The notes: a model not told the origin generated them from the sequence alone. 64,000 nucleotides of DNA from Lama guanicoe (GCA_013239625.1 MU054212.1:8251412-8315411); one strand, 5' to 3'. Positions 1-14,181 are shown, counted from the first letter of the stretch. Program-made: numbers and translations.

Positions 1-819
1 AACCATTTGCCCTGAAACTGAAGTTTTTAAACTGATTGTCTTGATTTTAAAAAGTGACTTTGTCATCATCACTTTAAAATCGTTTCACTGATAAGATACT
101 TAATTAGGAGTAAGGGAACTGTCTCTCTACTCTAGTGTCAAAAAGATGCTCTCTTGTGAGGACAAGGGAGGATCACGCACTGGCCCTATAATTTCTACAG
201 GCAAGCTGGCCTATGAAGCCGGAACTATTAATTGGCAATTATATGTCTGAATTAGGTCTACACGGGGAGAAAAACAATTTGGAAAACCATTAAAACTGTA
301 TAACTAAATTCAACCTCACTGGTTCAGATTTTAGAAAAATGTCTGGTTTGAGTTACCTGGACCAACTGTCTACAGTGCCTTGCTTTCTGGCTCAATACAC
401 AATTAACGCTTTTAGGTTCCAAACCATATTCTAAAATGGAAAAAAATAAGAGCCACTGTTTTAAAGTTCATACTTCAAGTGTAAACTCAGCTCAATTCCC
501 ATGCAGACCGAGAGACTCGGGTTATCAGACCTTTCCGAGGTGTGAGGGCGAGAACAGAGCCCACTGTCACAAGAGCCTGAAAAACTTTGAACTGTTTTCC
601 CCTCCTCTGCCTTCAGATCAGATGCCATCTGCCCAGCCTCATTTCTTCCTTGAGCTAAATGTCAAGAACTCACTTTTTCCATCGCTGCAATGCTCGCAGG
701 TTTAGAAAGAGAATAGTTGAAGTGTAAACATTCCTGTCAGTTACTGGACATTTTCCAGTAAACGAAGAATCACCGTTAGCAAATCAGACCCAAGGGAGTT
801 ACTGATGCTGCACATCACA

Positions 820-1010
820 GTGACACTCCCAGCGTCCATTAAGCAGGTTTACCAAGTGCCAGACGTGTTCTATACTTTATCTCTAATTGTCACAAAAATT
901 AGTCAAGGAGGATGTCGTCTCTACTTTTCTCAGAGGAAATGAAGTTCAAAGAGGAGCTAAGTGGCAGAATTAGGGTTTAACCCAGGTCCTCCCAGCTGCA
1001 AACTCAGCCC
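820..1010 (-). mobile_element. MIR SINE remnant
   Basis: Degenerate MIR core (..tctacttttctcagaggaaatgaagttcaaagag..gtggcagaattagggtttaacccaggtc); boundaries approximate. Confidence 0.55.
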
Positions 1011-2289
1011 CTGAACCAGACTCATTACAAAGAGCCAGTTCCCATTACTTTCCAGAACTTGAATTCCATTCGTGTTCATTTTCAGAGTGACCCTCATAGA
1101 CAGGGACTGCTGTGACCCCCTTGTCACATCTGAGTGGACCGGCACTCAGGAGGGTTAAGTGACCTGCCCACTAGCCTACAGCCAGATTCAAATTGCAAAG
1201 CCTTTCCTCCCAAAAAACCCAAAAGACTTCCCTGCATGGAGTGCTGTCCTAAACCATGTATAACCATCATGAAACACCCTAAAGGCACAGGGGTGTTATC
1301 CTCACTTTCCATAGGAGGAAGGTGACGTTCAGACAGGTCGCCTGACTGTTCATGTCACAAAGGTATCCAGCAGCAGAGCCAGGATTCAAAGCCAGGTCTG
1401 AGGATTCCAAGCCCACGCTCCAGGCCACCTTTCCCAGGTCCTTTTAGTCCGTCAGTCAGTGCCACTGAAACTCTAGGCTAACTTTCACAGGCTTATCATC
1501 ACGAAGACAGCACCTCGGATAGAAGTAAAACAACCTGACGGCACAGTGAAGGAGAAAATACACGTGAGGTGGAGTTGCAGCAGCCAAGTTTGCCTGGTCA
1601 GCGCACAGGGCAGCAAGCATTCTCTTTTTCCCAATGACACTCTTTGACATATAAATGGAAATCAAGAAATGTACATAAATGGAAACGCCAGCAGGAGGAG
1701 GGAAGTAAGAGTACCTTGCCAGGAATGAGCTAGGTATTAAGTGAGAAGGGGAAAAATAGGGAATTTCGATGTGTTTTATTCATTTTGCTTCATTTCAAAG
1801 GCTCCTCCTGGCCTCTTCTCTGCCCCTGCTTTCAGAGATAATGTTCTCCCGCCTCTAACCAAAACGTTGGTTCGGCAGGAATGAAGAGGGGGCTCCTTCT
1901 GACTGCCGGCTATTTCCCCATGGTTCCCTTGGATCAGAACCTGGGGTCCCTTTGCCAAAAAGGCAACGGCACAGATAAGTTTACAAAACCATATCACTTC
2001 TATGACATATTAGAGTGTCATAAAATGCTTCCACAAAGATTCTCTCATTTAATCTTCACATCAGCCCTGGGAGGGAGGCAAAGTCTACATCCTAATCCTC
2101 ATTTTACTGACAATAAAAATAAATCCGATTAAGTGACTTGTTCAAGATCGTACGACCAATAAAACCCAGGCTGGAAGCCAGGTATTCTGTTACTGCGTCT
2201 TAGGGTCTTTCCACAACAGCGTCATGTTCTCAACTATTTAAGAAATAACTTCGACAGCTGCTATTGCAATTACCACATCATAATAATTT

Positions 2290-2440
2290 TTATTACTTTT
2301 TAATAGACTTTATTTTTCAGAGCAGTTTTAGGTTCACAGCAAAATTGAGCAGAAAGTACAGAAGTTCCCGTATACCTTCTGTCCCCGCAGAGCCTCCCCC
2401 ATTATCAGTGTCCCCCATGGGAGTAATACATTTGTTAAAA
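2290..2440 (-). mobile_element. L1MC-type LINE 3' end fragment
   Basis: tttttaatagactttatttttcagagcagttttaggttcacagcaaaattgagcagaaagtacaga is the antisense 3' terminus typical of L1MC elements. Confidence 0.65.
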
Positions 2441-3589
2441 CTCATCCTCATTTTTTAACTATGAAGAATCTTCAAATGATTAGCATGTTCTTATTAGATA
2501 AAAATTAAGAAAATATACAGATTATGTAGCTACTTTCATCGGGTACCTGCTATGCATTGCGGAATAGACTAGGTGTTGGCACTTTTGGGGACGTTCAGCT
2601 CTCAGAATCCTAAGGAAGCTGTTGTTCTTTCTATTTTTAATATCTCCTGAAACTAAGACTCAGAGAGGCTAATGACTTGGGCACACTCAAAAATGAGGAG
2701 GCAGGATTCAAAATATTCCAAAGGCTATGTTTCTGAGGCACTGGGCATTGGGGGAAAGACTTCATAAACCATTTCCCCTTCCAATTAAGGCAAGAACACT
2801 CCTAGAGTAATTGCAGGTCTACCGGCTTCCTTAGGAACCTACCCCAACCTAACGACCCCCAGGTCGGTCAGTTGCCTATTACCCACACCCAGGAAAGAAC
2901 AGCAAAGCAAGGTGCTGCGGAACCAGTGAAGGGCCGCGGTGTACCTGGAGAGCTGGGTTAGCATGAACGGGCAGGAGTGGTTGGAGTCTCACCTGCCCCA
3001 GTGCAGGCAGTAAGGAAGGGACTCTCTCCTCTCACAGGATCAAAAAACCAGCCACATGTGAACTCCACCTCTAGCTTATGGCTGAAGTAATTTCCTTTCT
3101 TCAAGAGATGATAGTCATAAGATTGCGTCCCGAGAAAGGAGACGGGGGAAGAGGGAAGGGAAAGACATGGGAGGTGGAAGGGGAAGGAGGAGGAGAGAAC
3201 AGGCAGTTCGCAGTATTTGGGGAACCACGGTAGCACTACCCAGGGCTCTACTCACCCCCACTACGTACATTTATCACCCTCTCGTCCCCAGTGAACACAC
3301 GAGAGACCTCAAAGAATGGGACTCCCAGCCCCTTTAATTCTATGTAAACCCTCCCCAAAACATCATCCAGAGCTTCAACCTGGCCTGAATGATCAGAGAA
3401 ACTGGCTAACATTCCTAACAGGCCTTTACTTTTACACACTCGGAACAATTACTACTACTATCCTACTGAAACATTATACTACTACTAAGATCGATGCAAT
3501 GAAAGACAACGATAGTAATAATTTATTGAGTTCCCATTCTATTCCAGGTGCTTTACATATTTAATCTTCCTCAAAACCTTATCATAAAA

Positions 3590-3915
3590 TGTCCACAATT
3601 CATACCCACAATTCTAAAATTAAAAGGTTCTGAAAACACAAATGTTTTTTCCCAAGTATACAGGAAACTCTTTTGGTGGCAAAACCTAATCTGAATCAAA
3701 GCTGAGTCTTTTTATAGTCTTAACTTACCCACTTAGTGTGAACATTCATACATTTTGCTGCAAAATGCATTAATGTGTTGGATTTGGGGCACTGCTCCAG
3801 ACCCGACTGCAATGTAACATACTTTGTAATACAGAATACAAATGCACTTTTTTGTTTCTAGAATCTAAACATATCTGAATTCCAAAACATACCTGGACCC
3901 AAGGATTTCTGATAT
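3590..3915. mobile_element. TcMar-Tigger MITE remnant (MER46C-like)
   Basis: Terminal segment tctgaattccaaaacatacctggacccaaggatttctgata resembles the recalled MER46C end; family name from memory. Confidence 0.45.
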
Positions 3916-4119
3916 CTGCACTTTTCTGATGAGAAACTGAGAGTCTCGAAGAACACAATTTTACTACATACTTCCTTCAGGTCATCAGAGCCCTTTTACT
4001 AATTTAATAATCAATGGTCAATTTTTTTAATTCAGAAAAGGATATATCTATTACATCTGCACATAATCTAATAGTCATATTTAAATTGGTCATTCCAGTG
4101 CACACCGCCCTCCAACTCT

Positions 4120-4805
4120 TAGAATGAAATGGCTAAAATTACAAATTCACAGTAGCAAGTGTTGGTGATAGTGAATTGAGCAACTGTAACTCGTACACAC
4201 TGCTGGTGAGAATGTAGAATGGTATAACCAGTTTGAACAACAGTGTTAATTTCTTAAACAGTAACATGTACACCTGCCATAGGATCCAGCCACTCCACAC
4301 AAAGATCCGTACACAAATGTTCATAGCAGCTCTATCTGTAATAACTGAAAACTGGAAACCACTCAGAGGTCCGTTCACAGGTGAATGGTTTAAATCGTGA
4401 TATAGTCGTACGATGGAATATTCCTGAGCAATAAAAAAGACTGATGTAATGGTACACATAACACAAGGAAGAATCTTAAAATAATTATGCTGAAGAAAGA
4501 CAAAAAAGATTATATGATTCCATTTATATAAAACCCTGGAAAATGCAAAGTGATCTATAGCGATAGAAAGCAGATCAGTGCGGTTGCCTCAGATGGAAGA
4601 GGTCAGGAAGGAAAGACTGCAGAGGGTCCTAAGGGAACTTCTGGGAGGTGATGCTATGTTCATTATCTTGATTGTAATGAGGATTTCACCAGTGTGTACA
4701 TATGTCAAAATTTATCGATACTATCTGCACATACTTTAAACACGTGCAGTTTACTGAACATCTAATATACCTCAATAAAGCAGTTTTTAAAAAAATAATA
4801 AATAA
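4120..4805 (+). mobile_element. Old L1 (L1MB/L1MC-type) 3' fragment
   Basis: L1 ORF2-end/3'UTR motifs (ctggtgagaatgtagaatggtataacca; aaatgttcatagcagctctat; tatatgattccatttatata), ending in aataaa plus an A-rich tail. Confidence 0.75.
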
Positions 4806-5079
4806 GAAACTAGAAACTGACCTCCTTCTGCTCAAATCTACTGAAATTATATCGCTTTTACTGACAGGCATACCTAACTGCAAATAGACAAGTCGGTCCT
4901 GACAAAAGCCAAGGATTTAGTTCCTCAAAAGAATGTTATAAACGGGTGTGATTCAGAGATGATCAACCAATTCTAGTCCAAGAAGGAGCCGTTTTGCTAT
5001 ACTTTTTTGCCTTCCTTATGCAAAATCAAGGTTTCAAATATCTTACAAACAACTTTGAACATGATCAGTAGTTCTGTTC

Positions 5080-5535
5080 ATTATGTGTTCTGATGATCTA
5101 TTGCTACATCAAAAACCACTGCAAAAGCCAATGTCTTAGATGCAGTTTGGGCACAACTCTGCCTCACTCAGAGCCATCTCAAATAGCGCACAGCCTGAGG
5201 GCTGTAAGTATCTGAAGGCTCGCCGCTCACAAGCCCAGTGGTTGAAGCCGGCTGTTGGCTGGGATCTTCGCTGGGCTACAGCCACAACACAGAGCCTCTC
5301 TGTGTGGCCTGGGCTTCCTCACTAAATGACGTCTGGGTCTCACACCCTAACATCCCAAGACACAGCCAGCTAGAAGCTGTGTCGCCTCTTCTCACACACT
5401 GCCGTGCTGCCACATTCTATTCTCTAAAATCAAATAGCAAAGGGCAGTCCCTAGTTTTAGAGGGAGAATTCGATTCCACTTTTTGACTGGAGGAAAGTCA
5501 AAGAATTTGCAGACGTGTTTGAAAACCACCCTACA
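5080..5535 (-). mobile_element. MaLR LTR (MLT1F/H-like)
   Basis: MLT1 motifs ggctgttggctggga, tgtggcctgggcttcctcac, ctgccacattctatt, aaagaatttgcagac..aaaaccac. Confidence 0.6.
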
Positions 5536-6429
5536 GCGTTTTATCAGAAATGCAGACTCCTCATCATCCTTTCAAATTCGTGGCCAGGAGCTTTCACGGA
5601 AGGAGCACACCACACTGGGACTCCAGGACACTGGATTCAAATTCTGATACAGATTTGAGACACTTACATGGGCTAGTTTTCCATGTTAAGAACGGGGACT
5701 AGGAACTAGTGTACAGATGAGGTTAAAGTGGGACAGGAGAGGACAGAGGGGAGGGACGCAGGCTGCACGGTTCAGGGATGTAGCAGAGAAAGGCAGTGGA
5801 GGCACCAGGCAAAACACAGTATCCAGATTTCCAAAAGAATGCTTAGCACCACTAATGGGTCAGTCCTGTAAGCGCAGAGTGAAGAATAGTGGTGGGCAGG
5901 CCAGCAGCCACTAACAGGGACATCCGGCAGCAGGTACGGGGGGCTTTGAGGCCAGGATGGAGTTTTGGTACCCTTGCCCCTGGGCAGAACTGTGCTTCCT
6001 CTGGACAGCAAACATTCTGCTACTGCTGTATCGAATCATACAGAATCATCATTGCAAACGTATATGACCAGCCATCCTACTAGACTAACCTGCTCTGTAA
6101 GGGGCGGGAACATGTTTAATTCATTTTTTAATTTCAGCACCTTGCATGGTGCCTTTGGTGCCCGAGATTCAGCAAGTGCTCAGGAATCAATGCAACTGAA
6201 CCATTAAGGTCAAAGCAGGGAACTGGTCTTGCGGGAATGAGAGTCCAGGGCTGGGTATCAGGACAGGATTGAGGATCCAGGAAAATTAAGGCCTAATTAT
6301 TAAATTGTGTGGTAGTCGAGGTCCTAGGCTGATCAGGGCTGAGGTTTGAGTTTGGCCACAAGGCTGACCTGCCTGAGCTCTTAAACAAGGGTTCTTTAAA
6401 TTCCCCCAGAGATTAATCCTAAACCCTGG

Positions 6430-7350
6430 GGTGTAAGATCACAGGACGGGAACAAGCGGCAGGGACAGAAAGCGCCGTGGCTATTCCCACATCAAACAGA
6501 GCACCGGGCAGTCTGTGAGGCCCCTCCCTGCTTTCTGCTTCTCCGTCGTTCTGTGGAGAGGGCGGCTGCGCCTACAAGCACGATGCATTCTGGACAACAC
6601 GCCAGGAATCCCCATTGCACCACGTGGCTTCTCCAGGCCAGACTTCTCTGCTGTGAGCCCATCGATCTGACTGCCCCAGATCCCCACAAGCATCAAACAG
6701 AGCTCATCATCATGCCCCAAATCACCGCGTTCCTCCTGCGTTCCCTGACTCCATGCAGCAGAACCACTGCCACCCAGCGGGCCTTGCCGGAACCAGGCCT
6801 CGTCCTGGACAGCTCGCCCCAGTCATCCTCAAACTTGCACTCACGTCCTGTCACTTGCAATTCCTTATTGTCACTCAATACGGTCTCCTCCCTGACCCTA
6901 AAAAGTTGAAATGCCCTTCCCCATCTTCCCACGGCGCACCTCGATCAGACCCTGCAGACTCCTGCTACCTGGCTAGACCTTATGTAACTTCAGATCCTGG
7001 ACGGGCTTGCTCCACTGTCCAGATGACCCAGATGACATGGTTGTTCAACAAACATTTGTTGAATAAGTGAATGAACAAATCAAATAAACCCACAGCTATT
7101 ATAAACCATGCCCCCATTCAGCACTTGCTAACCCCTTGCCCCTCAATTTTTTTCCCTCCATAGCACTTGCTGCTGTAACATGCTATAAATTTTACTTACT
7201 CTTTGTATTTACTATCTCTTTGTTTTTTAACACGCCCCCTGAATGTAAGCTCCAGACAGAAGGGATTCTGAGTGCTGGTTCCTCTCTGTATCCCAAGTGT
7301 GTACTGCAGCAGCTGGCATTCAGTGAGCACTTCAAAAATGCACACGAATG
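6430..7350 (+). mobile_element. L2 LINE fragments including 3' ends
   Basis: C/T-rich L2 body followed by L2 termini (ttcaacaaacatttgttgaataagtgaatgaa; gaatgtaagctcc..ctctgtatccc). Confidence 0.6.
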
Positions 7351-9660
7351 ACAAGCCTCCACTGCTTAGCCATCTTCTAGGCAGTGATCCTCCTGGATTC
7401 CCTGGCAATCACACTTTGATGTGCCACCCTCTTGCTGCCCAGGACACAGTTCCCTCATTTGCCTAGACAACAGCTTATTTTAGGGCAGTTGGCAGAACCA
7501 GCTACCAAAGGAAACACTTCCCGTCCCGACGTCTGGAAAACCCACTTAGAAAGCCCTCATGTGCCAAGAAAAGCAACTTTTTCACTTTTCACAAAGTAGC
7601 CAGGTGACTATAAAATGTTATTTTTCAAAATGCATTTCATGAGGAACTAGTTGGTCCTTAAAAATTCAAATACTTGTGAAATATTAACATTTCAAAAACT
7701 TAGTTGCAGGAAATACTAAACTTATTTTTCTAAGTCAGTGGTAGAGAAACTATTTTCATAAGAATAAAATCAAGGTTCGAGGCTACCTATCAGCAAAATT
7801 ATGTGGTTACCTTTCTAAAAAAATTCATATAGAGTTTTTGAAAGACCACTAAAGTGATTTATTCGTGATTGTCTACATAAGAATGCTAATGTTTTAAGCA
7901 TTAAATATGGCAGACACTTTAGGTATGTCATGCTGTTTAATTCTCATGACTCTGAGATAAAAGTATGATTAGGCCCGTTTCAATGCAGAAGAAACTTCCA
8001 ATCAGAGCAACTAAGTAATTGTTGTAATGTTTTATTTCTTTTTAAAAAAGACCTGAAACTAATATGGAAAAATGATAAGATCTGACAAAGTTACGATGGT
8101 GGCTAAACATGTTACTGTGTGCACATCTTTGTGAGCCTCAAATATTTCATAATTTAAAAAAATCAATACATGATGGTAATAATTTGCCTGTATACAGTGC
8201 TAATTAAGGGCAGAACCGATTTAAATTCACATCTGTTTGACTCAAAAGCCCATATTTTTTCCCACAATATTGTGCTGCCTTGCTGCTCCAAAAATAGAAA
8301 CTATTATATCTGCTTGAACTAGGATACAACCAAGTTGGAAGACCTGTAAGGTAGGTGTAGCTCATCATTAAACAGAGTTATTATTAGCAGGAATAATAAT
8401 AATACATGTGTGGCAAATATGTTGGATTCATATATTAACTTTTTCCCAATGTCTGTGAGATGCTTCAGTAACCCTAGACCAGGAGATTGTGAAAATTATC
8501 CCCTCTTCTCAAATAGCATCTTAGAATATTTCCCACAAACTTAGAACCGGCCTCTCTTTCTTACAGTCCAAGGCATAATTAAAAATAAGGAGCATTATTA
8601 TGGACAAAGGAAGAAAAATGAGTAAACCAAAGACAGCAGGTGGGTAGGAGGAAACTGTGAGTGAGTTCTGGAGGAGGACTGGGAAAGGATCCTGAGACTC
8701 AAAGAGTAAGGAGAGCAGAGAGTGGGAGAGAAAGGATTATATAAAGAAAGGAGGCATAAAAAGAACTAGGAGATGGAGAAAGACAAGAGCTAGAGAAAGT
8801 AAAAGCAGTACAGAATAAGAAAAAAAATAAAATTAGAGGAAACGAGCGGGACAAAGAAATGAGGGACAGAGTGAATGACATCAAGGGGAAGGCAGATGCA
8901 GCCTTCCAGTCATTTCATACAGTGGTTCCCTGCCCTGCCGTGTGGGGTTTTCCCTCCCTTTCCTGACATTAACAGGATCAGCAACTTTGAGTGATACATT
9001 TTGCAATAGCTGCGTAATAAACTGAAAGTATCAGTGAGCAAAGAGGCCTTCACAATGGAGACTAAGTGCTGAAGAATGCAAATTAAATTCCAACATGACA
9101 TAATACTTAGAAACGCGGCGCGTGGCACTGAAACACAATGTTGTCCTGGACCCACTTTCAGTTCTGCAGCCAGCCTCCAGACCGCAGGCTGCTGCTACAG
9201 GTTTTACTTCTTCCCTGCTTATTAGTCCACCGCTGTAGATTGGAACCTGACTCCATCTGACCATCGAGCAAGCAGGAGGAATCCTCTTGAACAGACCCCT
9301 AACCCACACCCGTGCCTGCCAACACCTTTAAGCAGCACGACGGCGGGCTGAGCGCCAAGCAGCAGTGACCCGCGCCAGGAGCAAGGTGCGCACTTCCGAA
9401 TGTTTTTCCTCTCTCTCTCTCCCTTCTCAGGGAATTTTAAAAATCACATTCAGAATGTGCAAAAATGTCAGTCTTTTAAACCCCGTGGCTGTAATCGGTT
9501 TTTCCTCCAGATTCATTATGTTCCTTTTTATAGGTAAATATTTCTTTCTAAAAAGGTAGAGTTTAAAATCCATAAAGCTGTAGAGGGAAACACAGCAAAG
9601 TGTTAGCTTCTATTGCCCAATTAAACACTTGTTCTTCCTCAAATGGGGACTAGTCTGGGG

Positions 9661-9688
9661 GTGTGTGTGTGTGTGCGTGTGTGTGCGT
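9661..9688. repeat. Imperfect (GT)n microsatellite
   Basis: gtgtgtgtgtgtgtgcgtgtgtgtgcgt. Confidence 0.9.
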
Positions 9689-11637
9689 TTTAAAGATTGT
9701 ATTTTAAGGTAATTTCATCTGTTTATAGAGAAGTTTTAGGTTAATTCCAGTTAGGTTAATTCAATTAGGACTCAGGTTAAATCCTTAACAAGTACCTATT
9801 TGTATCAAGGTACTGAGGCTGAAGCCACACAATCTTACAAAATTAAAACGTCAACCATATGCTAGATGATATATTAAAGCAAAGGTCACCATTACATATA
9901 GGCAGTCCCCAAGGAAAAGTGACATGAACAGATCGACAAGCACAACCCACCCACCCATTTCCACCACTTAGGACCACTTACCCCGCCCCCCCACCATGAC
10001 ACTACACAATCACCAGAGTCCCTGATCTCTCCTTCCCACCCTCTTTCCTCCTCTCTGCGGCCCCATCAGCCCTGCAGCCTTCCACGGCAGGTGCCCCTCA
10101 TCCCAAGACTGACCCAGTCCCTTGCCTGCCCAGCAGCTGCCATTCCCCACAGGGGACACGCTGATGTGCAAGCCGGCCCTGGGTTGCACACCTGCTGTAA
10201 TGTCAGTGCAGGAGCGGACACTGGCCCCAGACTCCGAAGAGCTAAGTTTGAGTCCCAGGTCCTCCACTTCCTGTGTGGCTAAGTAATTTATTTAACCTCT
10301 TTGAGCTTCCATGGCTTTACCTTAAAAAGGGAAGACAATCTGCTCTACCATCTTCATTGGCTGTTGTGAAGATTTTGTGAGCCTGCTATATGAGAAAGCA
10401 TTTTCTAAGTGCTATATTGATATACACAAATTCAGAAGGATTAAGGTAGTAAACAGTGGTCCAGTTTTCTATATTACAGGACACTGGAAAGGTGACAGCC
10501 TGAAGGTCAGATGTGGATCCAGTCCTGGTTCTGCTGGATAACCCTGAACAAGTCACTTTCCTGCTCCCATCCTTTGTATAAGTTGATGTTTTTACTCAAC
10601 CTGAAGGTCTCTGAAGACCCTCCAGGTACTAACACTCTGCGAGTCAAGAGCATCGTTCAACTGCACATGTGTTAAATGAGCTTTCGGGAACCAGCCCCAG
10701 GAATGGAACTTACAGCACGACACTGCTTACACAGAGAAACGGGCTATGAGCGACGACAACTGGCTTACAAGTGAACTTTTGGAACAAAATCAATCTGCAA
10801 GTTGGAGACTGTTTGAATTACTACTATAGATTTCCACCACCAAAAAAACCTTTGGTGAAGTTAGGAAATATCTCCCATGTTCTTCTGGAGTTGATTTTCT
10901 ACAACGTTTGAGCTTTGACACTGGATGAGATCTTGGATGTACTTGAGTTTTTAGTTAACCAAACCACCACGATTTCTAAGGACAATGGCTGATTTCTCTT
11001 TTGGGCACGTATGTGTGTGTGTGTGTGTCTGAGGAGTGAGGGAAGGGGACTGACATGGATTTTACTTAAAATCTGATATTATATGCAGTTATTACTATAC
11101 TTCATGAAAAGTACTTCAAAAATCTTAGAAAAATATATAATATTGACATACACTTTGTTTTAATCTTTATTTTCTTCCTTGCATCATTCTGATATTAAAT
11201 CAAAAAGGAAATCAAAATCAAAATTAAAATCAAAAAGGAAAGGGTGGTCTATCCCTTAAGCAGCTCTAACAAAGGCAATAGGATAACTAGCACTCTCTGA
11301 AATTAAAAAAATGAAGTGAAAAGACTTTCCTCTCAGCTGCCCTCCCCAAAGCAGGGAAGTCTCAGACACACAGTAACCCTTGGGTCTGGAGTGTAGCATG
11401 TTACAGTAACTTTTTGATGCTATGAGGGAGTATGGAGAGATCCTGGGATATTGTTGTGAAAGAAGTTTGAGATTATAGAACAAGAACTTCACTTCCCAAC
11501 CTCTGAATGGAAGACAGCTCAGATAGAGGCAGAACCAACAGGCCCAGAAACCTGATTTTTCACTGGCTCATTTCACATGTTCCAAGACTGAGCTTTCAAT
11601 ATATGGTTATTATGATAAAAAAAAAATAACCACAATC

Positions 11638-12320
11638 TGGAATGTAATTTGGTGCAGCCACTATGGGAAACAGTATGGAGAGTCCTAAAAAAAATAAAAA
11701 CAGTTTGTATATCATAAGTTAGCATGTCATAGGCTAACTCTTGCCCACTCCTAGGCACATACCTGGAGAAAACTCTAATTCAAAACCATACATGCACCCC
11801 AATGTTCAAAGCAGCACTATTTACAATAGCCAAGACCTGGAAGCAACCTAAGTGTCCATCAATAGATGACTGGATAAAGAAGTTGTGGTATTTGTATGCG
11901 ATGGAACACTATTCAGCCATTAAAAAGAATGAATGACATTTGCAGCAACATGGGTGGACCTAGAGATTATCATATTAAGTGAAGTAAGTCAGACAGAGAA
12001 AGATAAATATCATATGTGTAATCTAAAAAAATTATACAAATGAACTTACTTATCAAATAGAAAGGGTCACAGACATAAAAATCAAACTTATGGTTATCAA
12101 AAGGGAAAGGGGAGAGGAAGGGATAAATCAGGAGTTTGGGATTTGCAGATACAAACTATTATATACAGAATAGATACACAAGGCCTTACTGTATAGCACA
12201 GAGAACTATATTCAGTACTTATTAATAACCTATAATGAAAAAGAATATATATAACTGAATCACTGTGCTGTACACCAGAAACTAAGACAACATTGTAAAT
12301 CAACTATACTTCAATTAAAA
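11638..12320 (+). mobile_element. 5'-truncated lineage-specific L1 (ORF2 end plus 3'UTR)
   Basis: ggaatgtaatttggtgcagccactatgg..ggaagcaacctaagtgtccatcaatagatga..caactatacttcaattaaaaa, flanked by an approximate TSD aaccacaatc/aactacaatc. Confidence 0.9.
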
Positions 12321-12759
12321 AACTACAATCCAAGAAATCATAATTATGAAAACATGTTACTCTAAGAAATTCTCTCACACGTCTTCCTTCTATGAGGAAT
12401 TAAGCTGTTACTGTCAAGAAGATAATGTTTTCCCATTCAATGAAATTTCATGTTCTATTCACTTTGCGTTTTATTATGAGAGGCACAGACGCCTTTTCTA
12501 AAGACATTTTTTAAACATCACATTTTTAAACAAAAATAAAATGAATTGCACACAGGCTCCAGAAAAAGTTTATGCACAGTTTTTCAGGAACTAATCCAAG
12601 GATCCTGGCAGCAATGTGTTAAAGTGACTGTCCTATTCCCAACTAGGGTGACATGTGTTTCATGGACTTTACAAACTCATTACCAGACAGTAGGCATTAA
12701 CATTATCATACTCTGAGAACATTATGTATTCATGTAAAATGAAAAATTAAATGCAAAGA

Positions 12760-12925
12760 AAGGGGGAAGGGGGTCAAAAGGTACAATTTTACAGTTATAA
12801 AATAAATAAGTCATGGGGTTGTAATGTAACAGCATGGTGACTATAGACAATACTGCACTGCATATTTGAAAGTTGCTAAAAGAGTGTATCTTACAAGGCC
12901 TCATTATAAGAAAAAAAAACTGCTT
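12760..12925 (+). mobile_element. L1MA-type 3' end fragment
   Basis: ggtcaaaaggtacaa..cagttataaaataaataagtc..cagcatggtgactatag..tttgaaagttgctaaaagagt. Confidence 0.7.
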
Positions 12926-13056
12926 GTAACTAAAATATCAAGGCAGTTCTATAAAAAATCTGTTGCCCTGGTTTGAGAGGAAATAAAAATCTTTTTTCAT
13001 GAAAGGGATTTATACACCATGCCAGGAGTCTTAGAAATTCCAGTTCTCTTTCTTTC

Positions 13057-13184
13057 TTTTTTTTTGGGGGGGGGGCGGTAATTAGGTTTACTTATTTATT
13101 TTTTTTAATGGAGGTATCAGGGATTGAACCCAGGACCTCATGCATGCTAAGAACACGCTCTACCACTTGAACTATACCCTCCCC
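13057..13184 (-). mobile_element. tRNA-Ala-derived SINE (camelid vic-1 type)
   Basis: Reverse complement reads ggggagggtatagttcaagtggtagagcgtgttcttagcatgcatgaggtcctgggttcaatccctgatacctcc, then an aaataagtaaacctaattacc tail and poly(A). Confidence 0.9.
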
Positions 13185-13469
13185 TCCTCTTTCTAATCAT
13201 TTTTTCTAAATGTGAGAAATACCATTTTGTGGTAGGACCATTGTGATAGACTTCAGACAGGAATAAAATGGGGTTCCAAGATGGAGCTGACTGGGACAAT
13301 GCGAGGCCAAGTGACAGCACGAGACACTGCTTCCCCTCTGCAGTGGATCAAAGCAGCCCCCAAGGGATCCTTGACTTAGTTAATAGATGTTTGAAATCAA
13401 ACCCAGGGTGGTCATACATTAAAAACGTGATCTTTGGAGGAGGAGGATATGGTGATGACAATGACACAG

Positions 13470-13675
13470 CTGGCATTTACTGTCCATTTCTACAAATGAA
13501 GCATCACACAAAGAGCATTATGGAAATTAGCTCATCTGATCCTTACAACAATTCTCTGGGATAGTATTACCAACCCCATTTTACAGATGGGAAATAAGCT
13601 TAAGATGACTAAACAACTTGCCCAGAGTTACACAGCTAAGAGACAGCAAGGCTTCGACTCAAATTCAGATGGGTC
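13470..13675 (-). mobile_element. MIR SINE
   Basis: ccccattttacagatgggaaataagcttaagatgactaaacaacttgcccagagttacacagctaa (MIR core). Confidence 0.75.
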
Positions 13676-14181
13676 TGTGAGCTGGACCTCTTCATTTGCC
13701 CCTTCAGATCTGCTTTCCACCCTAATCTCTGCACCAATTTTATAAATTGGACCAATTTCATACCCACATGCTTGACCACTATGAACTGCATCAATGAATG
13801 GGCTTCCTTGCCTCCCGGGTGGCAGCTGCTTCAGCCAATGGGAGTAGAGGGAGCAAGGAGACAAAGGCTGGGTGCTTATTCCCTGGGCTTCCTCCCTGTG
13901 GAGTCACCTCAAGCTTCTTTGTCCCTCAAGTGAGATCACTGCTCTTCTCAAGATGCGGCTCTCTACACGACTGCCTCCCGTGGAGTTCCAACAACCAGCT
14001 GCCCCCACCGCTTCATCCTTTCAAGCCAGAGGTGATAACGGCTACACTGTCACTAGCTCTCAGGGACACACACTATTGGACGTGATTTCTATCCTTGTAA
14101 ATCGTCCCTGAATTAAATCCTCCATAAATTAACCTAACCTGAACATAAAGTTTGATTCCTATTGGGACCCTAACTACCACA
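13676..14181. mobile_element. ERVL LTR (LTR33-like)
   Basis: TG..CA-bounded block with cttcagccaatgggag, ttattccctgggcttcctccctg and terminal cctattgggaccctaactaccaca, resembling recalled LTR33. Confidence 0.55.

Noticed and set aside
1491..1705. Exon-like segment on + (tttcacag acceptor, gtgagg/gtaaga donors, peptide LIITKTAPRIEVKQPDGTVKEKIHVR)
   Set aside because: Short pyrimidine tract, stops in the frames tested, no partner exons and no recognisable protein
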